Origin: a virus
Lineage: Duplodnaviria > Caudoviricetes
Virus record (IMG/VR): IMGVR_UViG_3300026975_000004
Coordinates: 1-39,057 of that record
Reading direction: 5' to 3' (one strand)
DNA: 39,057 nt
Part shown: piece by piece, positions 17,926 through 26,484 of the stretch
Position numbering within the stretch: the first letter of the stretch is position 1
Layout of the letters: every line of letters begins with the position of its first letter
Notes under the pieces: generated by a model
The model's input: only the letters and a program-made list of their open reading frames with translations
The model's database searches: none
What the model was told of the DNA's origin: nothing
Position numbers and translations under genes: made by a program

Positions 17926-18933
17926 ATGTCCGATCCCATTCTGCAGTTCGAAGCGGGACAGAGCCCGGCCGGCTACACCGCACTGACCGACGCGGGCGAC
18001 AACAAAACCTTCAACTCCGCCGTCAACCTGTGGAGCAAGCGCAGCGGCTACGCGCCCACTGTGCGGCCCAACGGGGTGATTTCCGGCCTGGTGGTGTCCG
18101 TAGCGGCCAGCGGATCCGACGACGTGGTGGATGTTTCCGCCGGCAAGGTCTACCTGGCCGGGGTCGAGACGGAAGTTTCGGCGGACGCCGACCTGTCGAT
18201 CTCCCGCCCGTCGGTGTCCGATTACCAGAAGCTGTCCATCACGATCAACTCCAGCGGCGCCCTGGCTGTGGTGGAGGGCGTGGAGCACACGGCATTTTCC
18301 GACACGCGCGGCGCCAACGGCGGCCCGCCATGGATACCCACCACCTCCATCGAGATCGCCCAGATCTGGTATTCGGACGGGGACTCGGCGGCGATCACGG
18401 CCGACGAAATCAAGCAGATCGTCGGTTCCCAGCGCGAGTTGTACAACTCCCCCGTGTGGCAGGAATATCCCTTCAGTGTTTCCGCCGGGGTGGCGGGCTA
18501 CGCCCATGTGGTTTTCGGCAGTGCCATGGATGCCATTCATTCCGATGATTCCGGCACTTCCACGGCCACCAAGAAAGTCTATTGCAGCTATGCCACGCCG
18601 AGCTTTCAATCCGTGCAGATTTCCAAAGACTTTGTCCGCCCGGCCCAGAGCAAGACGGTCAACTCCGAGGAATACTACGGCGCGGCCGTGGGCTCCATTG
18701 CCACGTCGCTGGGGGCGGGCAGCTTCACCGCCAAGGTGAGCGGGCTGAACGATGCCCTGCTGGCCATGGAGGGCGAGAGCTTGTTTTTCAAATTCTTTCC
18801 GGACCGCCTGGCCGACCCCTATGTGCTGTGCCAGGGCTACCTCGGCATCAATGAAACCTTCGAGACGGACGGCTCCATCGTGGTGGATTGCTCCATCGCC
18901 GCCGAGCTGGCCGGCGAGAGGATCTTCTCCTGA
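17926..18933 (+). CDS. Major tail (tube) protein
   Basis: AAGGAGG RBS, position before chaperone and tape measure, tube-like C-terminal beta pattern. Confidence 0.65.
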   Translation: MSDPILQFEAGQSPAGYTALTDAGDNKTFNSAVNLWSKRSGYAPTVRPNGVISGLVVSVAASGSDDVVDVSAGKVYLAGVETEVSADADLSISRPSVSDYQKLSITINSSGALAVVEGVEHTAFSDTRGANGGPPWIPTTSIEIAQIWYSDGDSAAITADEIKQIVGSQRELYNSPVWQEYPFSVSAGVAGYAHVVFGSAMDAIHSDDSGTSTATKKVYCSYATPSFQSVQISKDFVRPAQSKTVNSEEYYGAAVGSIATSLGAGSFTAKVSGLNDALLAMEGESLFFKFFPDRLADPYVLCQGYLGINETFETDGSIVVDCSIAAELAGERIFS

Positions 18934-19418
18934 TGCCGGGCTTTGACGTGGACAAGTTCATGGCGACGCGGTTCGCGCTGCGGACCGCGTCCGTCAAGGT
19001 GCCGGAGCTGGCCGCCATGTTTCCAGAGGGCGCGGACCCGGTGTTCGAGGTGCGCGGGCTGGACGGGGTTTCCTGGGGCAAGGCCCAGGAGAGCATCCGC
19101 AAGCGGCGGGACATCGCCACCATCCAGGCCAAGATCGCCTCGGGCAAGGCCGGCGAGATTGCGGAGGCGGTGCGCGAATCCCTGGGGCTGAACGACGAAC
19201 TGGCCGCCGTTGACGCGCTTGGGCTGGAGATTTTCCACCGGGGCGTGGTGCGGCCGGAGATGAGCGAGGTGCAGGCCCTGGATGTGGCCAAACGGCTGCT
19301 GAAGCATTTCCCGGCGGCGTTCAAGCGCATCACGGACAAGATCGCCAATTTGACCGGGGCATCGGACCAGGGGGAAGCCGGCGACTCTGGCGCAACCCCG
19401 AAGTCCGAGTCGCCATGA
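18933..19418 (+). CDS. Tail assembly chaperone (gpG-like)
   Basis: Between tube and tape measure; TGATG coupling; G-run near 3' end. Confidence 0.7.
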   Translation: MPGFDVDKFMATRFALRTASVKVPELAAMFPEGADPVFEVRGLDGVSWGKAQESIRKRRDIATIQAKIASGKAGEIAEAVRESLGLNDELAAVDALGLEIFHRGVVRPEMSEVQALDVAKRLLKHFPAAFKRITDKIANLTGASDQGEAGDSGATPKSESP

Positions 19419-19564
19419 GCCTGTGCTGCAAGACGGGGCGCTTCCTGTGGGAAGCCTTTCCGCAGTTCAACCCCCACGGCTACTGCACTGAGACCGAGAT
19501 GGAGTTGTGGGGCCTTTTCTACCGGGATCTGAACGAGCGGCGCGACCGCCGCAAAACGAGGTAG
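19370..19564 (+). CDS. gpT-like -1 frame extension of the tail chaperone
   Basis: -1 frame is open from GGGGGAA (19370-19376): GSRRLWRNPEVRVAMSLCCKTGRFLWEAFPQFNPHGYCTETEMELWGLFYRDLNERRDRRKTR, stop 2 nt before tape measure start. Confidence 0.65.
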   Translation, partial: GGSRRLWRNPEVRVAMSLCCKTGRFLWEAFPQFNPHGYCTETEMELWGLFYRDLNERRDRRKTR

Positions 19565-19565
19565 C

Positions 19566-22190
19566 ATGGCCGATCTCGAAAAAACCGTCGCCATTATCTT
19601 CAGCGGGGATGACCAGCTTTCCAGAACCGTGCGGGACATCAACCGCTCGTTCGGCGATTTCGGCGACATTGCCCAGACCGCCGCGGCCCCCCTGGCCACC
19701 ATTGCCGAGGGCGTGCTGGCGGCGGATGCGGCCTTTGCCACGCTGGCCATCGGCGGCATGGCCCTGGCCATCCGGGAGGCCGGCAACTTCGGCGACGCCT
19801 TCAACGAAATCGCCACCCTGATCGACGCCCCCCGGGAGAACCTCAATCAGTTTCGCGGCGACATCCTCGACTACGCCACGGATTCCACGGCGGCCATTGC
19901 CGACATCAACGCGGCCGTCTACACGGCCATTTCCGCCGGTACCGACTATGCCGACGCCCTGGGCGTTCTCTCCACGGCCGAGCGCCTGTCCGTGGCCGGC
20001 AAGGCCGACCTGGAGGCCACCACCCGGCTGCTGGCCAGCACGCTGAACGCCTACGGCGAGGGGGTGGACGAGGCCACCCGCTACAGCGACGTTTTCTTCC
20101 AGACGGTGCGAGACGGCCAGACCACCCTGCCCGAGCTGGCCGAGGGTTTGTCCCAGGTCACCGGGCTGGCGGCCAACGCGGGCGTGCCCATCGAGACCCT
20201 GATGGCGTCCATCGCGGCCCTGACCGCCACGGGTGCGCCCACCTCCCAGGCCATCACCCAGATCCGGGCGGCCATCCAGGCCATTATCGACCCGTCGTCC
20301 CAAGCCAGCGAAGCGGCGGCCGCCCTCGGTATCCAGTTCAACGCGGCGGCCCTGGAATCAATGGGGCTGGAGGGTGTCCTGCGGCAGGTTTACGACGCCA
20401 CCGGCGGCAACATCGAGCAGATGTCGCAACTGTTCGGCCGTGTTGAGGGTTTGAACGCGGCGCTTGTTCTGGGGGCGGATTCGTCGGGGATTTTTGCCAA
20501 CGCTTTGCTGGACATGCAGAATGCGTCCGGCGCCACCGAAGAGGCCTTCCGCAAGATGGCCGACAATATCGCCCTGGTCAACCAGACCCTGGCCAACAAC
20601 GTGCGGGCCGTGCTCATCGGTTTGGGCGACGAGCTGTTGGGCGGCTACGTGGACGTGGCCCGGGGCATCCAGGACGTGCTGCAGTCCATCGGCACGGGCA
20701 TCGATGCCGGGGTGTTTGATCCCCTCTTCCAGGCTTTCGACGATTTTGCGGGCCAGCTTTCCGACTTTCTCACCCAGGTGGCCGACGCCCTGCCCGACGC
20801 CCTGGAGCAGCTGAATTTCAACAGCTTTCTGGACGCCCTGGACGCCCTGGGCGATGCCATCGGCGCGCTGTTCGACGGGGCGGACCTGACCAATGCCGAA
20901 GATCTGGCCGATGTGCTCCAGGAGATCATCGACACGGGCGAGGCCCTCATCCGGGTGACCACCGGCATGGCCCTGGCCTTTCAGCCTTATTTCGAGGCGC
21001 TGCGCCAGAGCGTGCAGGAGGTCAACAGCTGGGATGCCGCCACCCAGGAGAGTTTTGGCAAGGTGCTGCTGGCGGCCGAAGGTGTGGTCAAGGCGGGTAC
21101 CGGCATCGGGCTTGCCATGGCGGCCATTGCCGAGTCCGGATTCGAGATCCAGAATGTTTTCAATGCGGTGTTCGGGTCGATACAGGCGGTCTGGAACACC
21201 CTGCAGGTGGCGTTCGACACGGTGGCCTCCGTCATCGTCAATTCCATTATCGACATCCTGGACGCCCTGGAACCCATAACACGGTTCCCCGGGTTCAGCG
21301 GGTTGAATGAGAGCCTGCGGGAAACCCGGCAGGAACTGGGCTACCTGTCCGAGGGCATTCGCCAGCACTCCTTTCAGCAGATGGAGGAGGCCATCGACGG
21401 GGCCAGCCGGGCCATGCGCGGGTTTACCGGCGAGACCGAGGGCGCCGTGGAGCAGGCCACCGACCTGGCCCAGGAGATCGACGAGATCCCCGAGGAAAAA
21501 GCCATCGCGGTGGAATTTTCCGACGCCATTGCCCAGGAGGATATCCGCGAGATCCAGCAGGCCCTGGACGAGATGGAGGAGGATCCCGTGTTCCTGGAGA
21601 TCCTGCCCTTCGAGCCGCCGGACGACACAGCGCTGAAGCAGGCCATGGCCGCCCTCGAAGCCCGCGAGATCACCATCGATGCCACGGTGGAGGCGGATAC
21701 CGACGCGGCCGAGCGCAAGCTCAAGGCCATCGAGGAGTATTCGGACATCGTCCAGGAGAAGATGAAGTGGGAGGCGGAGATCGAGATCACCCAGGCCCAG
21801 GAAGCCACCAAGCGCATCGAGGCCGCCTTCGAATCCGTCAATGTGTCCATCCAGTCCACCGGGGAAACCCTCACCGGGCTTTTCAGCGCGTTCAGCGAAG
21901 TGGAGGGGTTTTCCCAGCGCTGGCTGCTGGAAGATGCCATCCGCCAGGAAATGGAGCTGCGCCAGCAGGCCTTCCAGCTCCAGAGCCGTCTGGTCAACAG
22001 CACCATCGAATTGAACAAGCAGAAGGCCCAGCGCCTGGAGAGCGGCGACGCCCTGATCACCATATCCGGCGAGGGCATGAGCCCGGCCCTGGAGATGGTT
22101 CTCTGGGAGATCGTGGAGCGCATCCAGATGCGGGTGATCGAAACCGGCAGCGAGGCCCTGATCGACCTGGCCAGTTTTACGGGATTGTAA
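19566..22190 (+). CDS. Tail tape measure protein (TP901-type core)
   Basis: 874 aa, Ala-rich helical, TVRDGQTTLPELA and LFGRVEGLNA motifs. Confidence 0.93.
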   Translation: MADLEKTVAIIFSGDDQLSRTVRDINRSFGDFGDIAQTAAAPLATIAEGVLAADAAFATLAIGGMALAIREAGNFGDAFNEIATLIDAPRENLNQFRGDILDYATDSTAAIADINAAVYTAISAGTDYADALGVLSTAERLSVAGKADLEATTRLLASTLNAYGEGVDEATRYSDVFFQTVRDGQTTLPELAEGLSQVTGLAANAGVPIETLMASIAALTATGAPTSQAITQIRAAIQAIIDPSSQASEAAAALGIQFNAAALESMGLEGVLRQVYDATGGNIEQMSQLFGRVEGLNAALVLGADSSGIFANALLDMQNASGATEEAFRKMADNIALVNQTLANNVRAVLIGLGDELLGGYVDVARGIQDVLQSIGTGIDAGVFDPLFQAFDDFAGQLSDFLTQVADALPDALEQLNFNSFLDALDALGDAIGALFDGADLTNAEDLADVLQEIIDTGEALIRVTTGMALAFQPYFEALRQSVQEVNSWDAATQESFGKVLLAAEGVVKAGTGIGLAMAAIAESGFEIQNVFNAVFGSIQAVWNTLQVAFDTVASVIVNSIIDILDALEPITRFPGFSGLNESLRETRQELGYLSEGIRQHSFQQMEEAIDGASRAMRGFTGETEGAVEQATDLAQEIDEIPEEKAIAVEFSDAIAQEDIREIQQALDEMEEDPVFLEILPFEPPDDTALKQAMAALEAREITIDATVEADTDAAERKLKAIEEYSDIVQEKMKWEAEIEITQAQEATKRIEAAFESVNVSIQSTGETLTGLFSAFSEVEGFSQRWLLEDAIRQEMELRQQAFQLQSRLVNSTIELNKQKAQRLESGDALITISGEGMSPALEMVLWEIVERIQMRVIETGSEALIDLASFTGL

Positions 22191-22193
22191 ATT

Positions 22194-22532
22194 ATGATTG
22201 CCATTTTCTCCGCCAGCTACAACGTGGCGCTCACTGAAAACAGTGACACCCGGTTGCCCCACGCCGAGGCCCGGATCATCCGCGCGGCCACGTTGGACAG
22301 CGACCCCGGGGTGGTGATGATTCACCGGGGCACGTTTCACGGGGACCGCACGTTCAAGATCCGGGGCAGCGTTACCCGGGACCAGGAGGCGGATCTCAGG
22401 GCCATGCACGAGGCCGGGGCCGTGGCCTACTGCGCCATCCCGGAGGGCACCTTCCAGGGGTTTATCCATAAAATGGAGGTTCGGTACGGCGTGCTGGACC
22501 TGGAGTTTTACGTCAAGGAAAAGAGCGAATAA
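22194..22532 (+). CDS. Tail tip protein (distal-tail-like)
   Basis: Immediately after tape measure; RAATLD...GDRTF pattern. Confidence 0.55.
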   Translation: MIAIFSASYNVALTENSDTRLPHAEARIIRAATLDSDPGVVMIHRGTFHGDRTFKIRGSVTRDQEADLRAMHEAGAVAYCAIPEGTFQGFIHKMEVRYGVLDLEFYVKEKSE

Positions 22533-22544
22533 CGGAGGCGGGCC

Positions 22545-22982
22545 ATGGCCGTTACCAAGACATTCTCAAACCATTTTTTCTACCAGCTGGCCAACGGCAA
22601 CATCGATTTTTCTTCCGACAGCATCAAGATAATTCTGATGAATACGACGTTTGCCTTCGACAAGGATGCGGACGCCACATTGTCCGATGTCACCAGCGAC
22701 CAGCTTTCCACGGGCAACGGCTACACCCAGAACGCCAAGGCCCTGGCCGGCGTGTCCATCACCGAGGATGATACCAACGACCGCTGCCGGATTTCCTGGA
22801 GCGACCCGGTCTGGACGGCTTCGGGCGGCAGCATCGGGGCCAGTGGCGCGGCAATTATCTATGATGATACCACCGCCGACGACACGGTGATTGCCTGCAT
22901 TGATTTCGGCGAGGATCTTACGGCGGCAGACGGCGAAGACTTCACCCTGACCAGCATCGCAATCAATTTGAGACAGCCCTGA
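22545..22982 (+). CDS. Virion structural protein
   Basis: GNIDFSSDSIKIIL...GNGYTQ...WTASGGSIG...IIYDDT...IDFG, a common phage tail-region pattern; GGAGG RBS. Confidence 0.7.
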   Translation: MAVTKTFSNHFFYQLANGNIDFSSDSIKIILMNTTFAFDKDADATLSDVTSDQLSTGNGYTQNAKALAGVSITEDDTNDRCRISWSDPVWTASGGSIGASGAAIIYDDTTADDTVIACIDFGEDLTAADGEDFTLTSIAINLRQP

Positions 22983-23031
22983 TATGTATGTTGGCGAACT
23001 CCATATGCGGGCCACCCTCGAAGGGGGCTCC

Positions 23032-24192
23032 ATGTCCGTGCTGCAGGGCACGTCCGGAACGGCTTCGGAGTGTACGGGCTCCAGCCAGATTTCGTCGTCC
23101 TACCCGCCCAGCGAGGCATGGGACGGAGTTATCGACGGTACGGACGGCACCAATAACGCCTGGGTGTCGAACAACAGCAACCCCCCGGATTCGGACGGAT
23201 CCCTTTACATTCAGTGGGATTTCTCCGCTGCTAAATTGCTTACGGGATTTCGTTTCCAGGCCCGCGAGGCCACGGGATACGACCAGTGGCCGGACGACGT
23301 CAAGGTGTTGGGCAAGACCAGTGCCCAGGCATGGGGCGAAGCCACAACCCTATATGACGGCGCCATTTCCGGCGCTTCGTCCATGGTGCCGGGCGACTGG
23401 TGCGGCTGGCACAGCTTTACCACCACGGGCGCCTTTGACAGCTACCGCATCGAGATCCATTCGGCCTATATCTATGCGGGCGCATTCGACCGCGTGTCCA
23501 TACAGGAGTTTGAGTTCCAGTATTACGATCCCGGCCCGGAAAACCAGGAGGTGATTGTCGATGATCTGCTGGCGGTGCTGGATATCGAGGCCGGCCGTCC
23601 GGCCGTGCCTGTCATGCTGTTGGCCGAACTGGATAGCGGCGGCGCGTCGGTGACCCATATCGATCGCACGCGCCATTTTTTCCGGGTGACCGTCACCGGC
23701 TGGCAGGACGGCGAAACCGACCTGGAAGTGCCGGCGGAAAGCATCCAAGCCAGAACGCGCTCCGGAGACCCGACCTATCTCAACGTGGTTATCCCCGGCA
23801 TGGCGTATGCTGGAGATATTGCCGACCGGGCCAACGGCCAGATCGTGGTGGATCTGGTCTACATGGACACCGATGGCGAGGTGGCCCAGGCCGAGGAAAT
23901 TGTGCGGGTGGACATCGAGGACATCCAGACCCACGAGGGCGGCCGCTCGGCATCCATTATCCTGGAGGGACGGCGCACCTATTCCCACACGCCCAAGACG
24001 GTCAACCTTTCCGGCAGCATTTACCGGCGGCAGGCCTACGGGCGGCTTTCCTATCGGTTCGTCGAGCCGGACCCATATCTCCGGCCGGGCGACACGGTGG
24101 TGACGGATTACGGCGACACCTTTACCGTGGACGCCATCACCTACACCCTGACCCCCACCCAGTGGTCCATGGAACTGTCGGAGGCGGCTTGA
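23032..24192 (+). CDS. Tail protein with N-terminal discoidin (F5/8C)-like domain
   Basis: AWDG...AWVS...YIQWDF...YRIEI...IQEFEF discoidin-like pattern; C-terminal DPYLRPGDTV; start could be 22984 or 23032. Confidence 0.6.
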   Translation: MSVLQGTSGTASECTGSSQISSSYPPSEAWDGVIDGTDGTNNAWVSNNSNPPDSDGSLYIQWDFSAAKLLTGFRFQAREATGYDQWPDDVKVLGKTSAQAWGEATTLYDGAISGASSMVPGDWCGWHSFTTTGAFDSYRIEIHSAYIYAGAFDRVSIQEFEFQYYDPGPENQEVIVDDLLAVLDIEAGRPAVPVMLLAELDSGGASVTHIDRTRHFFRVTVTGWQDGETDLEVPAESIQARTRSGDPTYLNVVIPGMAYAGDIADRANGQIVVDLVYMDTDGEVAQAEEIVRVDIEDIQTHEGGRSASIILEGRRTYSHTPKTVNLSGSIYRRQAYGRLSYRFVEPDPYLRPGDTVVTDYGDTFTVDAITYTLTPTQWSMELSEAA

Positions 24193-26066
24193 TGGGTAAG
24201 GGGGTCATCATATCGGGCGGCGAGGCGGGCCGCTATGTCGTGCAGCTGGACTATGACGACGCGCGCAAGGCCCTGGTTCTTTCCCGCCTGAATGCCAAAA
24301 TTGATTTTTACCAGGATCAATTGGCTATTGAAACGGATTCGCACCGCCAGGGCCGCCTGAAACTTTGGATTGCCGCTGCCCAGAAGCGGCGCGATTTCCT
24401 TTCGATGGCGTCTGTTTGCCCGACGGACAGCAACATCACGGCCTGGTGCGCGGACCTTACCGAAGATCTTTCCGGAGACGTGGGCACCATCGAGATCGAG
24501 AGCGAGACCGAGCAGGTGCTGATCCGGCCGGGCTACGAGGGCAATGCCGTTTACAGTGCGCTGCGCGACGGGCAGATGCAGCCCCTGCTGGCCCAGGAGC
24601 CGGCCGCCAGCCTGCTGAACTGGATGTTCCACGACGCCCGCCAGAAGTGGAAGCCCCGCCATCGGGTGGCCACGATCGTTTCCGTGGATCACGATACCGA
24701 CACCTGCTCCCTGACCATCGACGCGGCCGACGGCGCCATGACGGGCGCGGACGTCAACATCATGGCCAGTTTCACCAGCGTGCCCATCGACTACATGAGC
24801 TGCAACTCGGCGCCCTTCGAGGCGGGCGACCGCGTGGTGGTGGAGTTTACCGACAACGACTGGGCCCAGCCGGTGGTGATCGGGTTCGAGAGCAATCCCA
24901 AGGGGTGCGATCATGACTACGTGATCGTTACCGTCAAGGCGCGCCCATGGGATGTGGCGACAAACACGGTCTATACGCCGGTGGACTGGTGCATTGTGTG
25001 GGACGTTGGCATGGGCTGCATGGCCGGAGAAATCGAGGCCTCGGCAACCCACGGGGATTTTCTGACGTTTCCCTGTAAATATTCGGACCTTGCTTATTGG
25101 CTTTCGATTACCGAAACCCGTGCGCTGTCTACGAGTATTACCTGGACCGAATTTGACGACATGGATTTTGCGACGCCCTGGGAAGCAAACCCCGGCGAGG
25201 CGTCCTACCCGCCGGGCGGGGCCGGGGTTATGTGTTCCCCCATGCTTTACGACGAATGGGTTTTGCAGGATTTCTTTTACAAGAAATGGGTCCAGGATAA
25301 ATGGCGCTGGACATCCCAAACGAATGTCTCGGGGAATGTTTGTTCGCAACGCGCGCTTATGGCCGGCGGGCGGTATCGCTATCCGCGGAGCGACGGCAAG
25401 ATTTGTCCGGGGACCGAAGTCGCTCCTATGTTCTGGATGGAAATGAACTCGCCGCTGGGGGACTTCGAAGACTTTGTCTATGATTGCCAGCTTTACAAGT
25501 GGGAGTATTGGGCGATAACGACACCGCCGGATAGCAATCTGAATTGGTATCTGGTTCCCTACCCGCTTTATGCTCATCCCTGGTGGGCGGAAGATCGCCC
25601 GACGCTGATCCCGCTGGCGGCATATAGTGGGAATTCCCACGTACAAATTTATATCCATTTCGACCGGATTTTCAGGCAGGAGACAAACGGCGGCGGCCCG
25701 ACGCCCGGGGACCCATGGACAACGGACGACCGGCAGGCGACGAAGATCCAGATCCATGCGGCGGCGTCCTATCATCCGGACCCGGACAAAACGGGCGCGA
25801 TCAATGTAAGCCCGTTTGCGCTGTCGCGGAATGCGTCGTTTGAAGACGCCCTGCTGGACTTGCTGGAAACCCAGTTGAAAGCCGAGGACGCCACCCACGG
25901 CGAAGACTGGTCCTATTGGGCGCTGGACGAAGATCACAGCCCCGCCTGGCCCGGCCCGGGCACAACATCGTTTTTCGATGCGGCCTGTTCGGAAACCTAT
26001 CAGGCCCCGGTGTTGTATTCGCTTTCGTTTGAAATGGAATTTCGCGAATACCCGGAGCCGGAGTAA
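24192..26066 (+). CDS. Tail tip/baseplate protein with aromatic-rich C-terminal half
   Basis: TGATG coupling; VPIDYMSCN..FEAGDRVVVEF...PVVIGF OB-fold-like segment. Confidence 0.6.
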   Translation: MGKGVIISGGEAGRYVVQLDYDDARKALVLSRLNAKIDFYQDQLAIETDSHRQGRLKLWIAAAQKRRDFLSMASVCPTDSNITAWCADLTEDLSGDVGTIEIESETEQVLIRPGYEGNAVYSALRDGQMQPLLAQEPAASLLNWMFHDARQKWKPRHRVATIVSVDHDTDTCSLTIDAADGAMTGADVNIMASFTSVPIDYMSCNSAPFEAGDRVVVEFTDNDWAQPVVIGFESNPKGCDHDYVIVTVKARPWDVATNTVYTPVDWCIVWDVGMGCMAGEIEASATHGDFLTFPCKYSDLAYWLSITETRALSTSITWTEFDDMDFATPWEANPGEASYPPGGAGVMCSPMLYDEWVLQDFFYKKWVQDKWRWTSQTNVSGNVCSQRALMAGGRYRYPRSDGKICPGTEVAPMFWMEMNSPLGDFEDFVYDCQLYKWEYWAITTPPDSNLNWYLVPYPLYAHPWWAEDRPTLIPLAAYSGNSHVQIYIHFDRIFRQETNGGGPTPGDPWTTDDRQATKIQIHAAASYHPDPDKTGAINVSPFALSRNASFEDALLDLLETQLKAEDATHGEDWSYWALDEDHSPAWPGPGTTSFFDAACSETYQAPVLYSLSFEMEFREYPEPE

Positions 26067-26105
26067 ATGACGGAACCAATAAACCTTAACGGACGAGGTG
26101 ACGAT

Positions 26106-26474
26106 ATGAGACGCTTTTTACTTTTACTGCTGGCGGTTTGCCTTCTGGCCGCCCCCGTGGCGGTGTGGGCCGCCCAGAACACCCTGGCCATTTCCAGCGA
26201 CCCCGGGGCGGACAGCTTTACCGAGGGCGCCATCCGCAAGGGGGTGTTCAACGTGAGTTTGTCCGGCACCTGGGCCGGCACGGTGACCGTGCAGCGCAGC
26301 TTCGACCGCTTCAGCGCGGCCAGCGATGCGGCCGCCACCTGGCGGGATGTGGCCACCTACACGGCCAACACCGAGGACATGCTCTACGAGCCCGAGGCCA
26401 ATGTCTACTACCGCATCGGGATGGAAGACGGCGACTACACGTCCGGCACCTGCAACATGCGGCTGGGAAGATAA
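26106..26474 (+). CDS. Signal-peptide protein, small beta-sandwich
   Basis: MRRFLLLLLAVCLLAAPVAVWA signal; FNVSLSGTWAGTVTVQRSFD; GAGG RBS. Confidence 0.75.
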   Translation: MRRFLLLLLAVCLLAAPVAVWAAQNTLAISSDPGADSFTEGAIRKGVFNVSLSGTWAGTVTVQRSFDRFSAASDAAATWRDVATYTANTEDMLYEPEANVYYRIGMEDGDYTSGTCNMRLGR

Positions 26475-26484
26475 GGGGGTGACC

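Noticed and set aside
1394-25937. Long antisense and alternate-frame ORFs (e.g. 1394-2782, 11960-13432, 17167-18609, 20358-22469, 24141-25937)
   Set aside because: Shadow ORFs expected from high GC3 opposite well-supported genes; no motifs
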